Assembly (NCBI GenBank): GCA_010405405.1
Contig: MU004240.1
Location: 1,374,814-1,438,813, forward strand
Reading direction: 5' to 3'
DNA length: 64,000 bases
Source of the DNA: Microthyrium microscopicum
Lineage: Eukaryota
Shown: positions 26,201 through 41,627 of the stretch, piece after piece
Layout: each line of letters begins with the position of its first letter
How positions within the stretch are numbered: position 1 is the stretch's first letter
Position numbers and translations under genes: made by a program
Notes under the pieces: generated by a model
What the model was told of the DNA's origin: nothing
Database searches by the model: none
Seen by the model: only the letters and a program-made list of their open reading frames with translations

Positions 26201-27258
26201 AACTTTAATACTATTATTTAACGTAGTTATATTAGCTAGTAGAAGCTTTATAAATTTGCTACTTAGGCTGCTATTTAATCTACTAGATCTAAAAAGCCTT
26301 TTTTATCTTATACTCTTAGTATAGATAAGAGTATTTCTATTTAGTATTAAGCTACGTTTAACGTAATACTAAATATTTCTAGCTTAAGTGCTCTAATGCT
26401 AGTCTCTAACGCTCTAGAAACTTAAACTCTAGCTACTATAGATAAAAATATTAAAGACTTAGAACTAGAAATAGACTGCCCTATTGTTTAAGTACGTATA
26501 AAACGTACTAAAGATTATTATAATATTAAAGCTCGTCCTAACTTCTATTATAGTCTACACTATAATGTAACTTATTAGTAATATACTTAGCTAAAGAACG
26601 TTACTACTTTTATTAGAGAGAAAAAGTACTTGTAACTTTCCTTCTAACTATTACTTATTATTAAGATACGCTCTTATACTAACTACTTATAGGGTTATAA
26701 AGTAGTATATTCTATATATAAACTATTATAATCTAGAACGTAATCTCTTATATATAAAGTTAGAATTACTTAGTATTTACTTTATATTAAATAGCACCTA
26801 TAGCGCTACTCTTTATAATATTAAGATTACTAGTATACTTAAGCAAATAGAGAAGAATATTCCTAGCCTTCTTAGCTACTATTAGATAATAATAGAAGAT
26901 AACGATTAATAGGTTACTAAAGATGCGTCTAAGTCTATTAAGATATATAGTTATTTATAGGATATTAATGCTATTAGTTATATTAAGCCTTAGTACTATA
27001 CTAAAGAGCTTAGTCTTCTAATTAATAGTAATAATATTAAAGGTAACTAGATTACTTTAATTAGTAACGTATATTAAACTAACTATAGTATATATAGCAA
27101 GTTTTTAGATACTACTAGATCTTATTAACTTATATCTTATAATATTAATCTTACTAACTATTTCCTAAGTATCTCTAATATAGGAAAAAAGCTAGTTATA
27201 TAGTTTAAAAAGGTTGCCTTTACTAATAATATATAAATAATATATTAAACTTTCTCTT
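23228..27258 (+). pseudogene. RIP-inactivated DDE transposase of CACTA/EnSpm (Tnp2-like) type; interrupted by LTR element A and probably continuing after 42316
   Basis: In one frame from ATG 23228, restoring G/C gives FLDGFGLYRNxFRTLMGIY...ER...N...TLGPFGSN (25229-25365), AFIGDMPQQ...GCRFC (25475-25555), D-x-x-H-x-E (25772-25789), RPNFHxGLHY (26534-26563) and NVxxFIGEKKH (26597-26629). A GT...CTAAC...AG intron follows at 26632-26692. Confidence 0.7.
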
Positions 27259-27460
27259 TATTAGGGACCTACGGGCGTAAGGGTGCAAGCTAACAATAGA
27301 TATAATTTAAGAAAACTAATACGAAGAATCTAAGAAAGAGGGTAGGGAACAATCGTAGGTAAGCTATACTAAATAATTCTTAGGCGCTAAGCCCTTAGTA
27401 TTACGTAACAAAGGATACTAATAATATTATAATAGGATTAATAGTAGCAAATCTATAATA
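27259..27460 (-). repeat. 3' LTR of retrotransposon A
   Basis: Aligns with 42110-42311 with mainly C/T and G/A differences; adjacent to the PPT. Confidence 0.9.
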
Positions 27461-30400
27461 ATACTTCCCCCTCTAAGATTAGCGCTCCTAAGCTAAAAAC
27501 TTATAAAAAGATAAGATCTATAATTAAGTTATATAGTCCTATAATTTTAACGCTTTTTAAGATATAAAACATAAAACATAAAAGTAATAAAAGTAAAGAT
27601 AATAACCTTTCTTTATATATAACTATTATACGTACCTATTCCTTATATTACTCTCTAGCTTATTAAAGCAACTATTAAGAGGTATTAATAAACCTTAAGA
27701 TATCTTTAGAATACTCTAGTTTATAGACTAAGTATTAAGGCATATATAGTAATATTCTTTTACTATTCTAGAAAAATTCTATCTAAATTATATTCCTTCT
27801 CCTTCTTTTTCTAAGGATTTATAAATATAGGGTATAGTCTAAGTTTATTAAAGTTCTAATTATAATATTTAATAACTAGCTCTAGGTAAGAGTTAAGATC
27901 TAACTATAGTTATTAGTTAAGATTATAATTTTAGTTATCCTATCTTATAAACTAAACTTTATACTATAAGACTTTCTTTTTACTAAAGCTCTTTATAATG
28001 CCTATCTTGCTATTAATAATATAGTTAATTACCTACTTTTATTCTATATTATTATTTATATTTATAATTAAGAGAGAGTTATTAGGTTCTTAGAGCATTA
28101 TAGTATATTTAAGAATGGAATAGAGTAGCTAAGTATAGAAGACTAAGTAGATCTTTATCTTCTCTAATAATTCTAGCTTATAAGTAAGAGTATTAATCTT
28201 TTTAATAATTTTAAAAGGTCTAGTAGATTTATTGTTAAAAAACTTTAATAATTAAAGAAATTTATAATAGTAGGCGTTAAGTTATACCTAATTACTTAAT
28301 TTAAAGTCTAATACTAATTAATAAGTCTTATTAGCTTACTCTTCTATAAGGGTAGTAAACTATAAGATCTATTTATAGAGGTATTTATAGAGGTTAATAC
28401 GAGTATAAAAATACTAGTTAGTAAGCTATTACTTAGTCTAGATTAGCTTAGTTCCTAAGAAGGCTTTTAGAAGCATTAGTTTTAATTCTAATTAGAGAAG
28501 ATAATTATTAAGTACGTAAAAAGGACTTATCTTAGTAAAGATATAAATAGCGTAGTTAGCTTTAAATTTAGTAAATAATAGTAGTCCTACCTAGTTATTT
28601 TATTACTAGTTAATAAAGTATCTAAGGTAAGCTTTTAGTACTATAACTAATATTTCTATAATATTATTACCTTATAAGTACTAAATAGTAGTTAGGTAGA
28701 TAATAATATTAATACGCTTATAGAGACGTTACTAGAATATAAATATAAATTATAAACTATAGTTAGAAAAGATAAAGTTAGGCTATTCTATATACTTCTA
28801 TATTTAGTTAAAGAACGTAAAGACTATTATCTATACGCTTAGGTTAGGGAAAGGAATAAACTATTAGGTATATATTAGCTTATCTATAACGACTATAACA
28901 TAATAGTAAATAGTCCTAAAATAAATATAAGGTAGTAAGGTAACTACAAAGTTAATAGAAATATCAAACTAAGCGTAATTAAGTAATAAAAATAAGTAAA
29001 GGAAACTCTACTTCTTTTACTTAACTAGTTTAGAGAATATATACTTATATACTTTAATATAATACTTTACGTTCTTAGCTATATAAGGCTAGAAGTAAAA
29101 TTAGTAGAGGTACTAATACGTAAAAGCTATGCTACTATAACTTATAACCTTATAATTATATACGTATATAATAGTATAATATTAGAGACATTCTATAAGA
29201 GGGATAAGGAATTATTATCTATATTAAATAGTACTATTAATAAGTACTTAATAGTCTCTAAGTTTAATTAAATCCTTTTCTAGAGTACTATATAGTAGGC
29301 AATACAATTATACTACCTTAGAGTTATAGATTGCTTAGACAAGCTTGTCTAATTAGCTAGCCTTAATAATATCTTTCTATAATATTTCTAGGTTAGCTAG
29401 CACGTCGCCTAGAATTAAGGTAGAACCCTCTATAGTTAATTAATTAATTAGCTTACCTTCTATAATTAGCATATTAACTTTATTAGTAATGATTATAGTA
29501 AGTTTAATTATTATAAGTTATTTACTATTAATAAGAAGGATAGTAATCTTAATAGTATATTAGGTATTATAAGAGTAAGATATTTTATAGTAAGTATTAA
29601 AATTATAAAAGGAAAGGATTAGTTATATTTATTAAGTAATCTATAGATTATTATTAGATTTTAGAAGATTCTATAATTTCTAAGTTAGCATATTTACTTT
29701 TATATTAAAAGAACTATTATAATATTTAATCTTAAACTAGAATTAAGAAAGAAACTTTATCTATTAAGCTTAATAGTAAGATAGCTTTTTAGTTAATATA
29801 AAAGTACGTAAGTTAAAATAGTTAGTAAAAACTTATATAGAATTAAAGATTAAAAATAATTTAGGTTCCTATTTCTTAAACGCCTATATAATTATAAGTA
29901 GCTCTTTATTATAAATATTATAATTATATTCTGCTAGGGTTATCTTTTTAGAAAGGAAAGCTACTAAATAAAGCTTACTATCTACGCCTTTTTAAGAGAA
30001 GATAGCTACTACTACCTAGTCTAAAGCATTAGTTTTAACCTAAGTCTTAACGTTAGGATTAAAGTAATAAAGGATTAGAGTAGTAATAAAGGCCTTCTTT
30101 AAAGTATTAAACGCTTATTCTTTAGGTCTAGTCTTACTCTATAAGAAGTATAAGAAAGTATCTTTTTTAGTTAGCGTAGTAAGTAGTATAATAATTTTTA
30201 AGTATTTTTTAATAAAATAGTAATAAAAGTTTATAAAACTAAGGAATATTTAGACGTCCTTTAAGAAGGTAAGGTAGTACTAGTTAAGTATAGTATTAAC
30301 TTTCTTTTTATCTATTTAGATTCTATTAGGTATAATAATAATACTAAGATATTTAACTAATTAGGTTATAAACTTAGATTTAGAAATATTAAGGTAGAGT

Positions 30401-33400
30401 CTAGCTTTTTTAAGCTTATTAAAGATTAGGTAAATATAAGTAATATACTCCTCTTTAGTCTTACTCTAAATAAGGACGTTATTAAGATAAACTATAATGA
30501 AGTCGTTAAAGTATTTACGCATAGCGCTATTAATATAGGATTAAAAGCTTCCTAGTAATCCTATTATACTAAATAGTATTATTAAGGTTTTAAAGAGTTT
30601 ATATTATATTAAGAACATAGTCTTATATTTATCTTCTTTATAAATTTAAATATTATTAAAGGTAGTAATAACGTTAAATTATAAGAAGAATTTTGCTTTA
30701 TAGATCTTTATTAAAGTCTCTATTAAAAGTAGTAGTATATTTTAATTAGTTAGTATAATTTTATTAAGTCTATAGTAGTTAACGTAAATATAAATACTAC
30801 TGCCTAGTTTACTAATATATAATATAGGTATAACGTAGTAGAAGGTACTTAAGTAAATAAAGCCTTTTCTAAGCATATTCTTAATATATTCCTTAATAAT
30901 CTATACTTATTAATAAAACATATTATAAGATTTATATATAGGTACTTTTATATTTAGGTTAGTAGTAATAGCATAGTTAAAACCTAGTTAATATAGTAAT
31001 AGCTTATTAGCTTAGTAAGGGTTAAATAAAGGAATATAGTAATAAAATTCTAATAGTATTAATTTTAGTAATTCTTCTCGCGTTAGTAAGTTATAGTTAA
31101 GCTTTTTACGCTATTTAGTATAGTTTTTAATAGAGATTATAATAATGCTAGTAATGTTCTACTAAGGAATAGGGTTAGGGTCTTCTTCCTTTTCTAAGGC
31201 GTTAAAGTCTTTTTAGTAAAGAGCTATAAAGTAGTAATTTTTACGCTATATTATAGCTATAAAGACTTATAGTAATACTATATAGATATTAGGAGTGTTT
31301 TTTTATTATTTATTTATAACTACTTAACCTTTATAATTAATAGTAATTAGGTAATAGGAAGCTATATAGTACTTTATATAATGCTTAAAGTAAAAGCCTA
31401 ATATATATTAGCCCCCCTAAAGTATAACTTTATATTTATTTACCTATAAGTCGCTAAGGATTATATTATAATTAGTAACTTTTATTATAAAGCAAAGAAT
31501 CTACTTAAAGTAGATACTAATACGTAATATAATGGTTACTATATAGGTTATCTTTATAATAGTATAGCTATTAGCTATTTTAGTATAGTAGAGTTTAGTT
31601 ATTTCTACTAATAGAATACTATAGATTTTAAAGTAATAGAGATTAATAATACTAAAAGTACTACTACTTATATTAATTAAGACTTTTATTTTAGTATACG
31701 CGTTATTATTAATAAAGATATTACTAACGATACTTTACTATTAGCTTATCTTTAGAATAGAATATTTTAGTAATTAGTTAATAAAGACGTAAGCTACTAA
31801 TATATAAATAATAGCTATACCTATAGAGTTACTTTTAGTCTTAGAGTTACTTAAGTAGTTAATAATAGCCTCTATTTAATATTTTTATCGTTTATTATAC
31901 GCTTTTATTTTATTTAGCTCCTCTACGCAACGTTATAAAAAAGCGTCTAGTTTCCCTAATCCTAGTAGTAATAATTATTATATATTAATAAGTAATTATA
32001 CTATAAAGTTAGGTTTTATAGCTAGGTATTATCTTACTATAGATAAATACTAGTAAGCTTAATAGAAATATTAGAATTAGAAAGAGCTAGCTTACTTTTA
32101 TACTTTAAGTTCTTATCTTTATAATTATAACCTTATTTACTATATTAAGTATAGTAATAGTCTTATATTAGACGTTAGTATAGAGTAACTTTATAGCGTA
32201 ATATATAGTTAATTTAATTATTAGTTTAGTTATTATTATTATTATTCTAATTATTAGATAGCTTATTCTCGTTATTAGTTTTACGTTTAAGGTTTTAGTT
32301 AATAACTTATAACTTATTAATATATTTAGTAATAGTAATAGCCTTAGAAAGAAATAAGCATTATATAATTTCTTTAATAATTATATATTTAAGATAAGTA
32401 ACCTTATTTACTTCTATAAGGCTAGCGTTAGTAATTTTGTTATTAAACTTAGTAATATATAGAGTAAGCTTCTTAGTCTTCTTTATTTAGTTTAAGGAAT
32501 TTTATAATTAGGTAATAGCGTTTTTATAAGTATTATACTTTTAAGTATATTAATCTAGGTCTTCCTAGAACTCTATTATATTAAAGTATAAGTTTAATAA
32601 TTTATATTACGTATAGTTCTTAATAAACCTAAGAATAATATTAAGAGTCTTACTATATACCTAAATAGTAATATCTAGTTCTATAAAGAAAGAGGCTTAC
32701 TTATTATAAAAATAGTCTTTAATACGAAGCTTCTACGCAAGATATTACTTAGAGTTATAACTAGAGTATTTACTTAGATTGCTCTATTTATATTTCTTAC
32801 TTTTACTACTAACTAAAAATCTAGATATTACTAAGGTTAAGCTATTAGTTTAAATATAAGAAACTTATTAATAAGGAGGAGGTATTACTTACTTATTATT
32901 AGAGTTAAGTTAGTAGATATTCTCTTTAGACTTATATATAAACTAACTAAGCTAGTCCTTAAGATCTTTATTCTAAAGATAAAGGGCTATAATCTTATTA
33001 TACTTCTTAATATAAGAAGTACGTAGTTATTTAATATTATTAAGTACTTTATTAAGTTTCTATTAATTTATATTATAGATATTCTCTAAGTAAAGAACGT
33101 ATTTATTATCTTTATGATTAGCTTTAATTACATAGTTAAATTATTAGTAAAGTTAATTTACTTTTATATATACTTTATTAGCTATAACTATAGCATTATT
33201 AAGTTTATTAGTTATATCTTTAATACCTTACTTATAGTATTAATAAGTATCTATTATATTATTTAGTTAGGCATAAGTCTCTTAAGCGTAGAGATTAGCT
33301 ACTTAGGCTAATTTAATATAACTATATAGCTATTTAAACTAAAGTTCTAGTAATATAGTAACGCTATAAAGGAATTCTTTATAAGTCTTAATAATTTCTA

Positions 33401-33972
33401 AATATAAGTTACCTTAAGTATAACGTATAAATATAAAGTCTAGAAGGACGCTTTTAATAATACTATCTAGAGGAATAGTTTTTTAGACTTAGAAAATAAC
33501 TTCTTTACGAAGGAGTTATACTAAGGATACTTAATTCTTCTTATTTAAAGTAATTAATTAGTAAGTAATAAGGTAAAAGAATATCTAGTAGTTTAATAGT
33601 AACTTTTTAATCTAGGCCTAGTCTACTAGTTAAAGAGTAGTAATTAGAGGATTAATAAAGGATACCTTCTCTTTACCTTTATTTTAAAATTATAATTAGC
33701 TATAAATATAGCTACTCTTAGTAATCTCTAAGATATTAGATAGTAGAGGTACCTTAGCTATAAAGCTATAATAAGAGTATAAAGAATTATAGTATAAAGC
33801 TTAGCTATAAAGTAATTCTATTATAGCATTATTATTATTATTATTAATCTAAATATAAGGTAGCATAATTATAAACTAAGTAGTATTCTAAGTCCCTAAT
33901 TACTATTACTTATAAAAATAGAACGTAGAATAAGTTCTATAGGTCTTACTAGTATTTCTTATAGTAAAATAA

Positions 33973-34199
33973 TGTGATAATTCCTCTTTATAGGCTTTAT
34001 AGCGGTATTGTGAGAGAGATCTTGTTGCAAGATTACGCGCTAGACCTAAGGGGGTTAGCGCGCCCAAGGATCTGCTAAGCGGACTTATATCCCTCGTAAA
34101 TCTATAGCTCTTCTAGATCTTCTTCTCTCTCTCTCTTGTTCGTAGATTCTAGAATATAATCTAATTATCTACTTACTCTAAGTTCTATAGCTTGTTACA
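33973..34199 (+). repeat. 5' LTR of retrotransposon B
   Basis: TGTGATAA...GTTACA; matches 41401-41627. Confidence 0.92.
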
Positions 34200-37100
34200 T
34201 AATCTATAAACCGTTTAACTACTTGTACGCTTATATCGTATACCTTAGAATTTACTTCCAAAAGAAGCGCCTATATAGATTAACATCTTATACGCATAAT
34301 CTTAGACCTTGTTAAAGATCCTTCGTAAATTTACTAAATTTATTAGCCTTACTAACCTTTTATCTAATTAGAGCGTTAGGATTCTTTAATACTCTTTAAT
34401 CTATTAATAGTCTAAGCGTTAATTACCCCTTATCCTTAGTTCTATAGAATACTAAAGTTTGTTTTCTATATTATTACTAAATATTTATAATTATACTTAA
34501 CATACTTACTATTAAAACGCGCTAAATAAATAAGCGTTCCCTCCTAATACTCTTCTTTATTATTTATAACTATAGCTAATAAGGCTCCTAACTAATAGAC
34601 TTAAGTTAATAGCTATATGGCTTACTTACTATTCTTAATTACTTATACTTAGCTTAATAATTAGCGCCTATCCCTATCTCCCGTATGCTTACGTTACTTA
34701 TCTCCATTACGTTGCCCTTCCGCTATACGTACTAAGTATTAAAGTAAACTTAACACTTAGGATATAGTATAACTAGATACTACCTAGAAAGTAGTAGATT
34801 TAGTAGAGAGTATCTTAGGACTATTAAAACCACTAGAACTAGACTTAAGAGCGTTATTAGAAGATGAAGATAAGTTAGAAGATAATTATCTATTAGAATA
34901 AGGCTATAAAGGCAAAGAGACTAAAGCGTTAGAAGACGCCCCTTAAAATACTAGTTAAATAACTTTACTAAACTAAATAAATATAGAAGATAACTAGTTG
35001 CTAGCTCCTTTCTAACCTAATAATAATACTAGACTTTCTCCTAGAATATATAAATAGCTAATAAAACTACGCTAGTAAGCTAAAGGCCTTAGGATACTAC
35101 TTATATTAATATCTTACTACTCTATAGTAGTAGACCTTAATTAACTAGTTACTCTAACTATTAATAAGAACTCTCTAATCTTCTAAGCTACTTAAGCATA
35201 AAAGATGCTTAATAAAGAAGGCGATAAACTAAAAGACGTAAGAGTATACCTTTATTATAAAGAAAAGTAATTAGACCTTTACTACTACTCTTACTACCTA
35301 ATTAAATTAGGTATAGACCTAGAACGTCTATTAAAAGAAAAGATTATACTAAATAACTTAGTTATATAGCTCTATGCCTTATTATTAGCCTCTTAAACTA
35401 TAGCCTACCTCTTTAAAATTAAGTAGAATATAAATACTTATAATATAGACTTAATCTATACTCTCTAAGAAGAAGCTTTAGAAGCTTAAGGAGAGATATA
35501 GGACTTAGCTAAAACTAATAATAAACATATAAAGCAGATTACTTACCTTAAAGCATAGATTTAAGATAATGCTATTACTCTTAAAGAAGTAGTAATTACT
35601 TACTAGAAGGTATAAGAACTATAATATAATAATAATCTACTTAAGGAAGCACTTACTACTTATATTAATAAGATTAACAAATACTATAAAGCTCTATAGG
35701 AGAAGGTAGACAAAGCTACTATCCTTTAAGCTTAGGTTAATACCTTCTAAAAGAAACTCTTAGCTACTAAGGTAACTAATCTCTATCTTAATTATAATAA
35801 ATTAGTAAATAATAATCTATTTTGCTAGACCTTCTTAGCTTAAGATATAGACTAACCTAACTTAAATATACCTCTAAGGATACTAGACTTACGTTAAACT
35901 ACTCCCTTCTCTAACTTTAACTTAATTAGTAGTACCTTTCTCCTTAAAGTATAAAGTAATAAGCCTTTACTCTTCTTAGGAAAGAATAAGTAGAAGTACT
36001 ATACTTAGAAAGGTAAAGTATTAGATTACCTTAATAATAATATATAAGTCTATCTTATAGAAGCCTCTAAGATCTAAGTTATCTAAGGAGTAATAAAGGA
36101 TTAGGCGTTTAGTACTATTAATAAGTAGAGTAACTATAAGTTAACTAACCTATATTTATTTATAGTAGAGATATAGTCTAATCTAGATTATAAGTATAGT
36201 ATTAAAGATAGCTATATTACTACTAAAACCTAGCTTAAAAGTTAAGAAGCTATAATAAAGCCTACTAAGAAGCTTAAATAATTCTTAGCTTATTTCTTAA
36301 AGAACTTATAAGAAGCTAAGCTTAGTAATTAAGATAAGATTATTAAAATATATTCTTTTTTACTCCTAAAGTTTATAAAAAGAGTACTCTTTATAGAATT
36401 AAAAACATTTACTAACTTCCTTAAGAGCTTATATACTATTACTTATTATATTAAATACGTTTTCTTTACTAATTTATAAAGCTATAATAATAATAATTAT
36501 CTAGTAGCTAAGGATAGTAGATAGAAACTAAAGTTTAACTACCCTTTAGACATCTATAATACCTTAAAGGCTAATAACTATTATATAAAGTATAGAGAGA
36601 AGAGCTATAGCTATTAGTATAACTTAGCACTATGTAAAGATAGAGATATCCTTTTAGATACTAAAATCTAACTAAAGGTTATTACTATTATTATAAAGTT
36701 TGCTACTATCTACGATTAAATTACTACTTAATCTCCTTAGTCCCTAACTATAGAGGATAATTATGACAAGTATAATTATAGTAATAATATAGAAAACTAA
36801 AAGCTTCTTTATAGAGACGCGTAAAGGAGCTAAATAAGTAAGAAGCGTATAATTAGTAATAGAAGAAGAAGAAACCTAACCCTAAGCTAGTTCTCTCTAA
36901 AGAATAAATCTAATATAAAGTTAATAAGACTATCTAGTACCTAGAAGGTAATCTCTAATAAGCATCATCCCTAGAGCCTATTATATTTAATAATACTAAA
37001 CTAGCTATTATTAAGATATTCCTTACCTTTATAGCATATAATTTTTATCCTTAAGAAGTAGCTACTATACCTATAGTAAGTAACTAATAGACTACCTCTA

Positions 37101-40100
37101 GTACTATATTCTTTCTAAAATAAGGCTACTACTTAAAAATTAATATCCTTATAGATACTAGTAGTAGAGTAATAAGAATTATTTACCCTAACTTTATTAA
37201 ATAATATAGAATTCCTACTATTAATCTTTTCGCTTCCTAAATTATATAATTAGCTAATAGTAAGGCTATTACGAAAGTTAATAAAGCTACTATAGTTAAT
37301 ATCTATTTAGGAGGGCATATTAAATAAATCTACTACTTTATTATAAACGTTACTAGCTATAACCTTATCCTTAGCAACCCTTAGATTAACCTTTATAAGG
37401 TTACCCTTAAAGGAGGCAAGAAGTAAATCTACTTTAACTTAGACTACTACCTTATATACTACTTACTAGTAAGCTACCTAATCTTAGTAGATTGTAAGGG
37501 CTGCCTAGTTAATCTAATAGACCCTTACTTTAAAAACGTTACTATAGTTAGTACTACTACCTTTATTAAGTTACTAGAATAAGGCTAGTAATTTAGCAAA
37601 ATCTAGCCTAACGACTTTAAAGATAAAAAAAAAAAGAAACCTCTAAACCTAGATCCTATACTAAAGAAAGACGTTGCTATTAACTTAGGCAAAATCTTAC
37701 TTAAAGATTTTAAAAAATAGTAAGAGAAGTATAATAAGCCTCCCCTCTTATAAGATAAGATTCTTAAATACTTACTAAAGGAATATTACTATTATATAGA
37801 CGTCTTTAACCTAAAATTAGGTAATAAACTTATACTATACTATAGCGAATAGGATTACTCTATTAACATTATCCTAAATGCTATAATCCCTAAATGCTAC
37901 TATAATAGCCTAGGTTACTAAGAATCCCTTATCATTAAATAATACGTTAATTAGATACTTAGTTAAGATTAAGTTTAAGCTAGTAAGTCGTATTATACTA
38001 TACTAATACTATGTATATATAAGCTAGGAAGAAGAATTCAAGTTTATATTAATTATTATAGACTTAATAAGATTATATAAAAGAATTATAACGTCCCTTT
38101 ATAGCTACTAGAAATACTTATCTATATCTATTACGCAAAATACTTCTTTAAATTTAATATTATTATTACCTTTATATATATCTATATTAAACCTAGCAAT
38201 AAATATAAAACTATATTCCTAACTTATTATAGGTTATACGAATTTAAAGTTATGCTCTTTAGCCTTATTAGAGCCTTAGGGACCTTCTAAGCTTATCTTA
38301 ACTATATCCTAATTAATTACCTAGATAACTTTATTATAGGCTATATAGATAATTTATTAGTCTTTAGTAATACTAAAGCTAGCTATACTACCTATACCTA
38401 CCTAGTCTTAGAAGTAATAAGTAAAGTAAAATTATACTTAGATATCTAAAAGTATAAATTTAATACTTAATAGGTTAAATACCTTAGCCTAATTATTACT
38501 ATTAAAGGCATTAAGATAAACCTAAAGAAGGTTTAAAGTATAGTTAACTAGTAACGTCCCTCTTTAGTAAAAGACGTTTAAGCTTTCCTTAGCTTTACTA
38601 ACTTCTACTACTAATTTATTCTTAAATATTTAAAGACTATAGCACTACTAATAGTACTTATAAAGAAGGATGCTATAGTAATCTTTCTTTAAGACCTTAA
38701 TAAGCTAGAGAAACGTGCATTTAAGAAGCTAAAGTAAGACTTTACGTCTACTAAGATATTACGTTACTTTAACTATATAAAGGAAATATAGCTAAAGATA
38801 GACGCCTTAGATTAGGTTTATGCTATAGTCTTTTCTTAAAAAAGTAATAATAAGAAACTTTACCTAGTTACGTATTTCTTAAAGAAGATAACCCTAGTAG
38901 AATATAATTATAATATTTATAATAAAGAGCTTCTAGCTATTATTTATATATTTAAAGAGTAGAAACTAGAGCTATTTAGCTTTATTAACCCTATTTAAGT
39001 ATTCTCTAATTACTATAACCTTTAGACGTTTATAATAATAAAACATCTCTTTTAATAATAAGCTAGATAGGCTAAGTTCCTCTCCTAGTTTTACTTTAAG
39101 ATAAAGTACTACCTAGGTATAGCTAATAGAAAGGTAAATACCCTTACTTATTAGTTATAAAATATTTTATAAAGTAATAATAACCCTTACGTTTCTTAAT
39201 AAGTCTAACCTTTACTATTTCTATACTAATTTAATATAGAATACGTAGTAAAGCTAGCTATATTACTTATTAAACTTACCTACCTCTTAATACTATACTT
39301 AGCTACTATTACTTAGGATAAGTTAAATATTTTTAATCTTATAAGTAAGCTACTTAATCCTATAGAAGAGTCTCTTAGTAATAATAAGACGCTTAAGGAT
39401 AAGCTACTTAATTCCTTAGAAGATAACCTATCCTTAGATTTTAATAGTAACTAGTTCTTATAGGATATTATAAACGTAGCAGAGTATAATAAAATAATAA
39501 TTACTATTTACTATGCTAAGACTAACTACTAGCTCTTCTTACCCTTTAGTACTCTAGAATAAAAGTAGATTAAGCTTAAAGACTATATAGTAGCTACTAA
39601 TAAGATAATCCTCTACTATAACTAGATCTTTATCCCTTAAGGCAAGCTTTAGTATTATGCTATATAGAGCATGTACTACTATAAAGCTATAAGCTATAGC
39701 AGAGTAGTAATAACTTACTACTACCTATAAGAAGATTACTAGTAGCCTAAAATATTATAGGACGTTAAGAGCTTTATTAAAGGCTACAAATGCATGTTTA
39801 CTAAACCTATTTGCTAAAAGAAATAAGGCTTCCTACGTTAATTCCCTCTCCCTAAGTATACATAGTTAGATATCTTTATTAACTTTACTATCTTACTACT
39901 TTGCTATTTATACTAAGGTATAATCTATTAATACGTTATAGTAGTTATTAACTAATATATATAGACCTAACGTTTTATCTTACTACTAAACCTATCTATA
40001 GACTTAATAGTACTAGCCTTTATTAACTACGTATAGAAGCTTATTAGCTAGCTATTAACAATTCTTTTAGATTATAGTAGCTAATTTACCTCTACGTTTT

Positions 40101-41280
40101 AGAAGCGCTTATATAAACGTGTAAGTATAATACTTCGTCTTAGTATAGCATTTTACCCTAAAACTAATAGCATAATAGAAATCTTAGTTACTATACTTAA
40201 GCAGTTCTTACGTACGTTTATTAACTAAGATTAAGATAACTAGGTAGCTCTTCTACTCTTTGCTAAATTTATAGTTAATTCCGCTATAAACGCCACTATA
40301 GGAGTTATACCCTTTAAAGCTTAAAATAAATTTAATTCTTGTTTAGGCCTTAAGTCTTTATATTACCTTCTAAAACCTATAAATACCTCTATAGCTACTA
40401 ACAAGGAAGCTATTAATGTAAACATAATATAAAAAGGTCGTACTAAGATATATAACTACTTAATAGAGCAATTAATCTAGGCCTAAGCTTAGTAAGTAGA
40501 ATATACTAACTATTATTGCTATATAACTCTAGACCTATTACTAGGTAACTAAGTTTACTTAGATATATAAAATTACCCTACTTTACGTTCCTTAAAGACT
40601 CTAGATAATAAGAATATAGGTTCCTTTTACATAATTAAGAAAATTAATACTATTACTTACAAACTTAATTTCTTCTCTTCTATAAAGATATATAATGTCT
40701 TTTACGCCTAGGTCCTCTACTATATTATAGATAACGCTAAGCTACTTAAGCATGCTAACCTACTACTAGTAGTCGTTAGAGAAACTACAAACGATAATAA
40801 ATAGTCTATTAACGCTATTATTAATAGCTACTTTACTAGTTAATATAAGAAGCTACAATATAAGATTAAGTATACTAGTTATAACAAAGCTAAATAGTAT
40901 AATTAGACAGCTACTAAGAACGTGCTAGAGCTTATTACTAAGTTTTACGCTTAGCACCCTAGCAAGCTAGGCCTATATCCTACCTAGATATTACTAATAC
41001 TAGAGCCTACTAGCGATAGTATTAATTACGACTCTAACAGCATTCCTACTAATTAGAAGAAGTAAATAATTATACTACTAATTCCTCTATACTAATAGGA
41101 TTACTAACTACTAAACTACTAGGACTTAAGAACTAAAGTATTCTAAGGATATCTTAAGGTTTATTAATGCTTCTTAATAATTGCCTTAGTAGGCTAGAAG
41201 TTAAGATACTCTAAATAACTAGTAAGATTAGTATTATACTATAGAAGAATTAAAATATTATTTATTACTAAAAGTTTGTT

Positions 41281-41325
41281 AGACTAGACTAAACTAGACT
41301 AGACTAGACTAGACTAAACTAGATT
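41281..41325. repeat. (AGACT)n pentanucleotide repeat in the 3' untranslated region of retrotransposon B
   Basis: About nine AGACT/AAACT units, seen directly. Confidence 0.8.
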
Positions 41326-41400
41326 AGAATGGAATAGATTAGGAAAGTAGTTATAATTAGTAATCTATAGCCTAGAGAGCTATGCTAAAAGAGGGGGTCG

Positions 41401-41627
41401 TATAATAATTCCTCTTTATAGGCTTTATAATAGTGTTATAAGAGAGATCTTATTGCAAGATTACGTACTAGACCTAAGAGGGTTAGCGCGCCTAAGAATC
41501 TACTAAGCGGACTTACATCCCTCGTAGATCTGTAGCTCTTCTAAATCTTCTTCTCTCTCTCTCCCGTTTGTAGATTCTAGAATACAATCTGATTATCTGC
41601 TCGCTCTAAGTTCCACAGCTCGTTACA
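41401..41627 (+). repeat. 3' LTR of retrotransposon B
   Basis: Follows the PPT, ends CGTTACA, and is followed by TSD AATAA. Confidence 0.92.

Larger units (their letters stand above)
33973..41627 (+). mobile_element. Chromoviral Ty3/gypsy LTR retrotransposon B (RIPed, 7655 bp) nested in element A in opposite orientation
   Basis: 227-bp LTRs at 33973-34199 (TG...CA) and 41401-41627. TSD AATAA at 33968-33972 and 41628-41632. PPT AAAAGAGGGGG at ~41387-41397. De-RIPed motifs: RT Y(I/V)DDLLVFS at 38342, integrase FHPETDGxxE at ~40151, chromodomain-like LQYKxKYTGY at ~40853. Confidence 0.92.
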
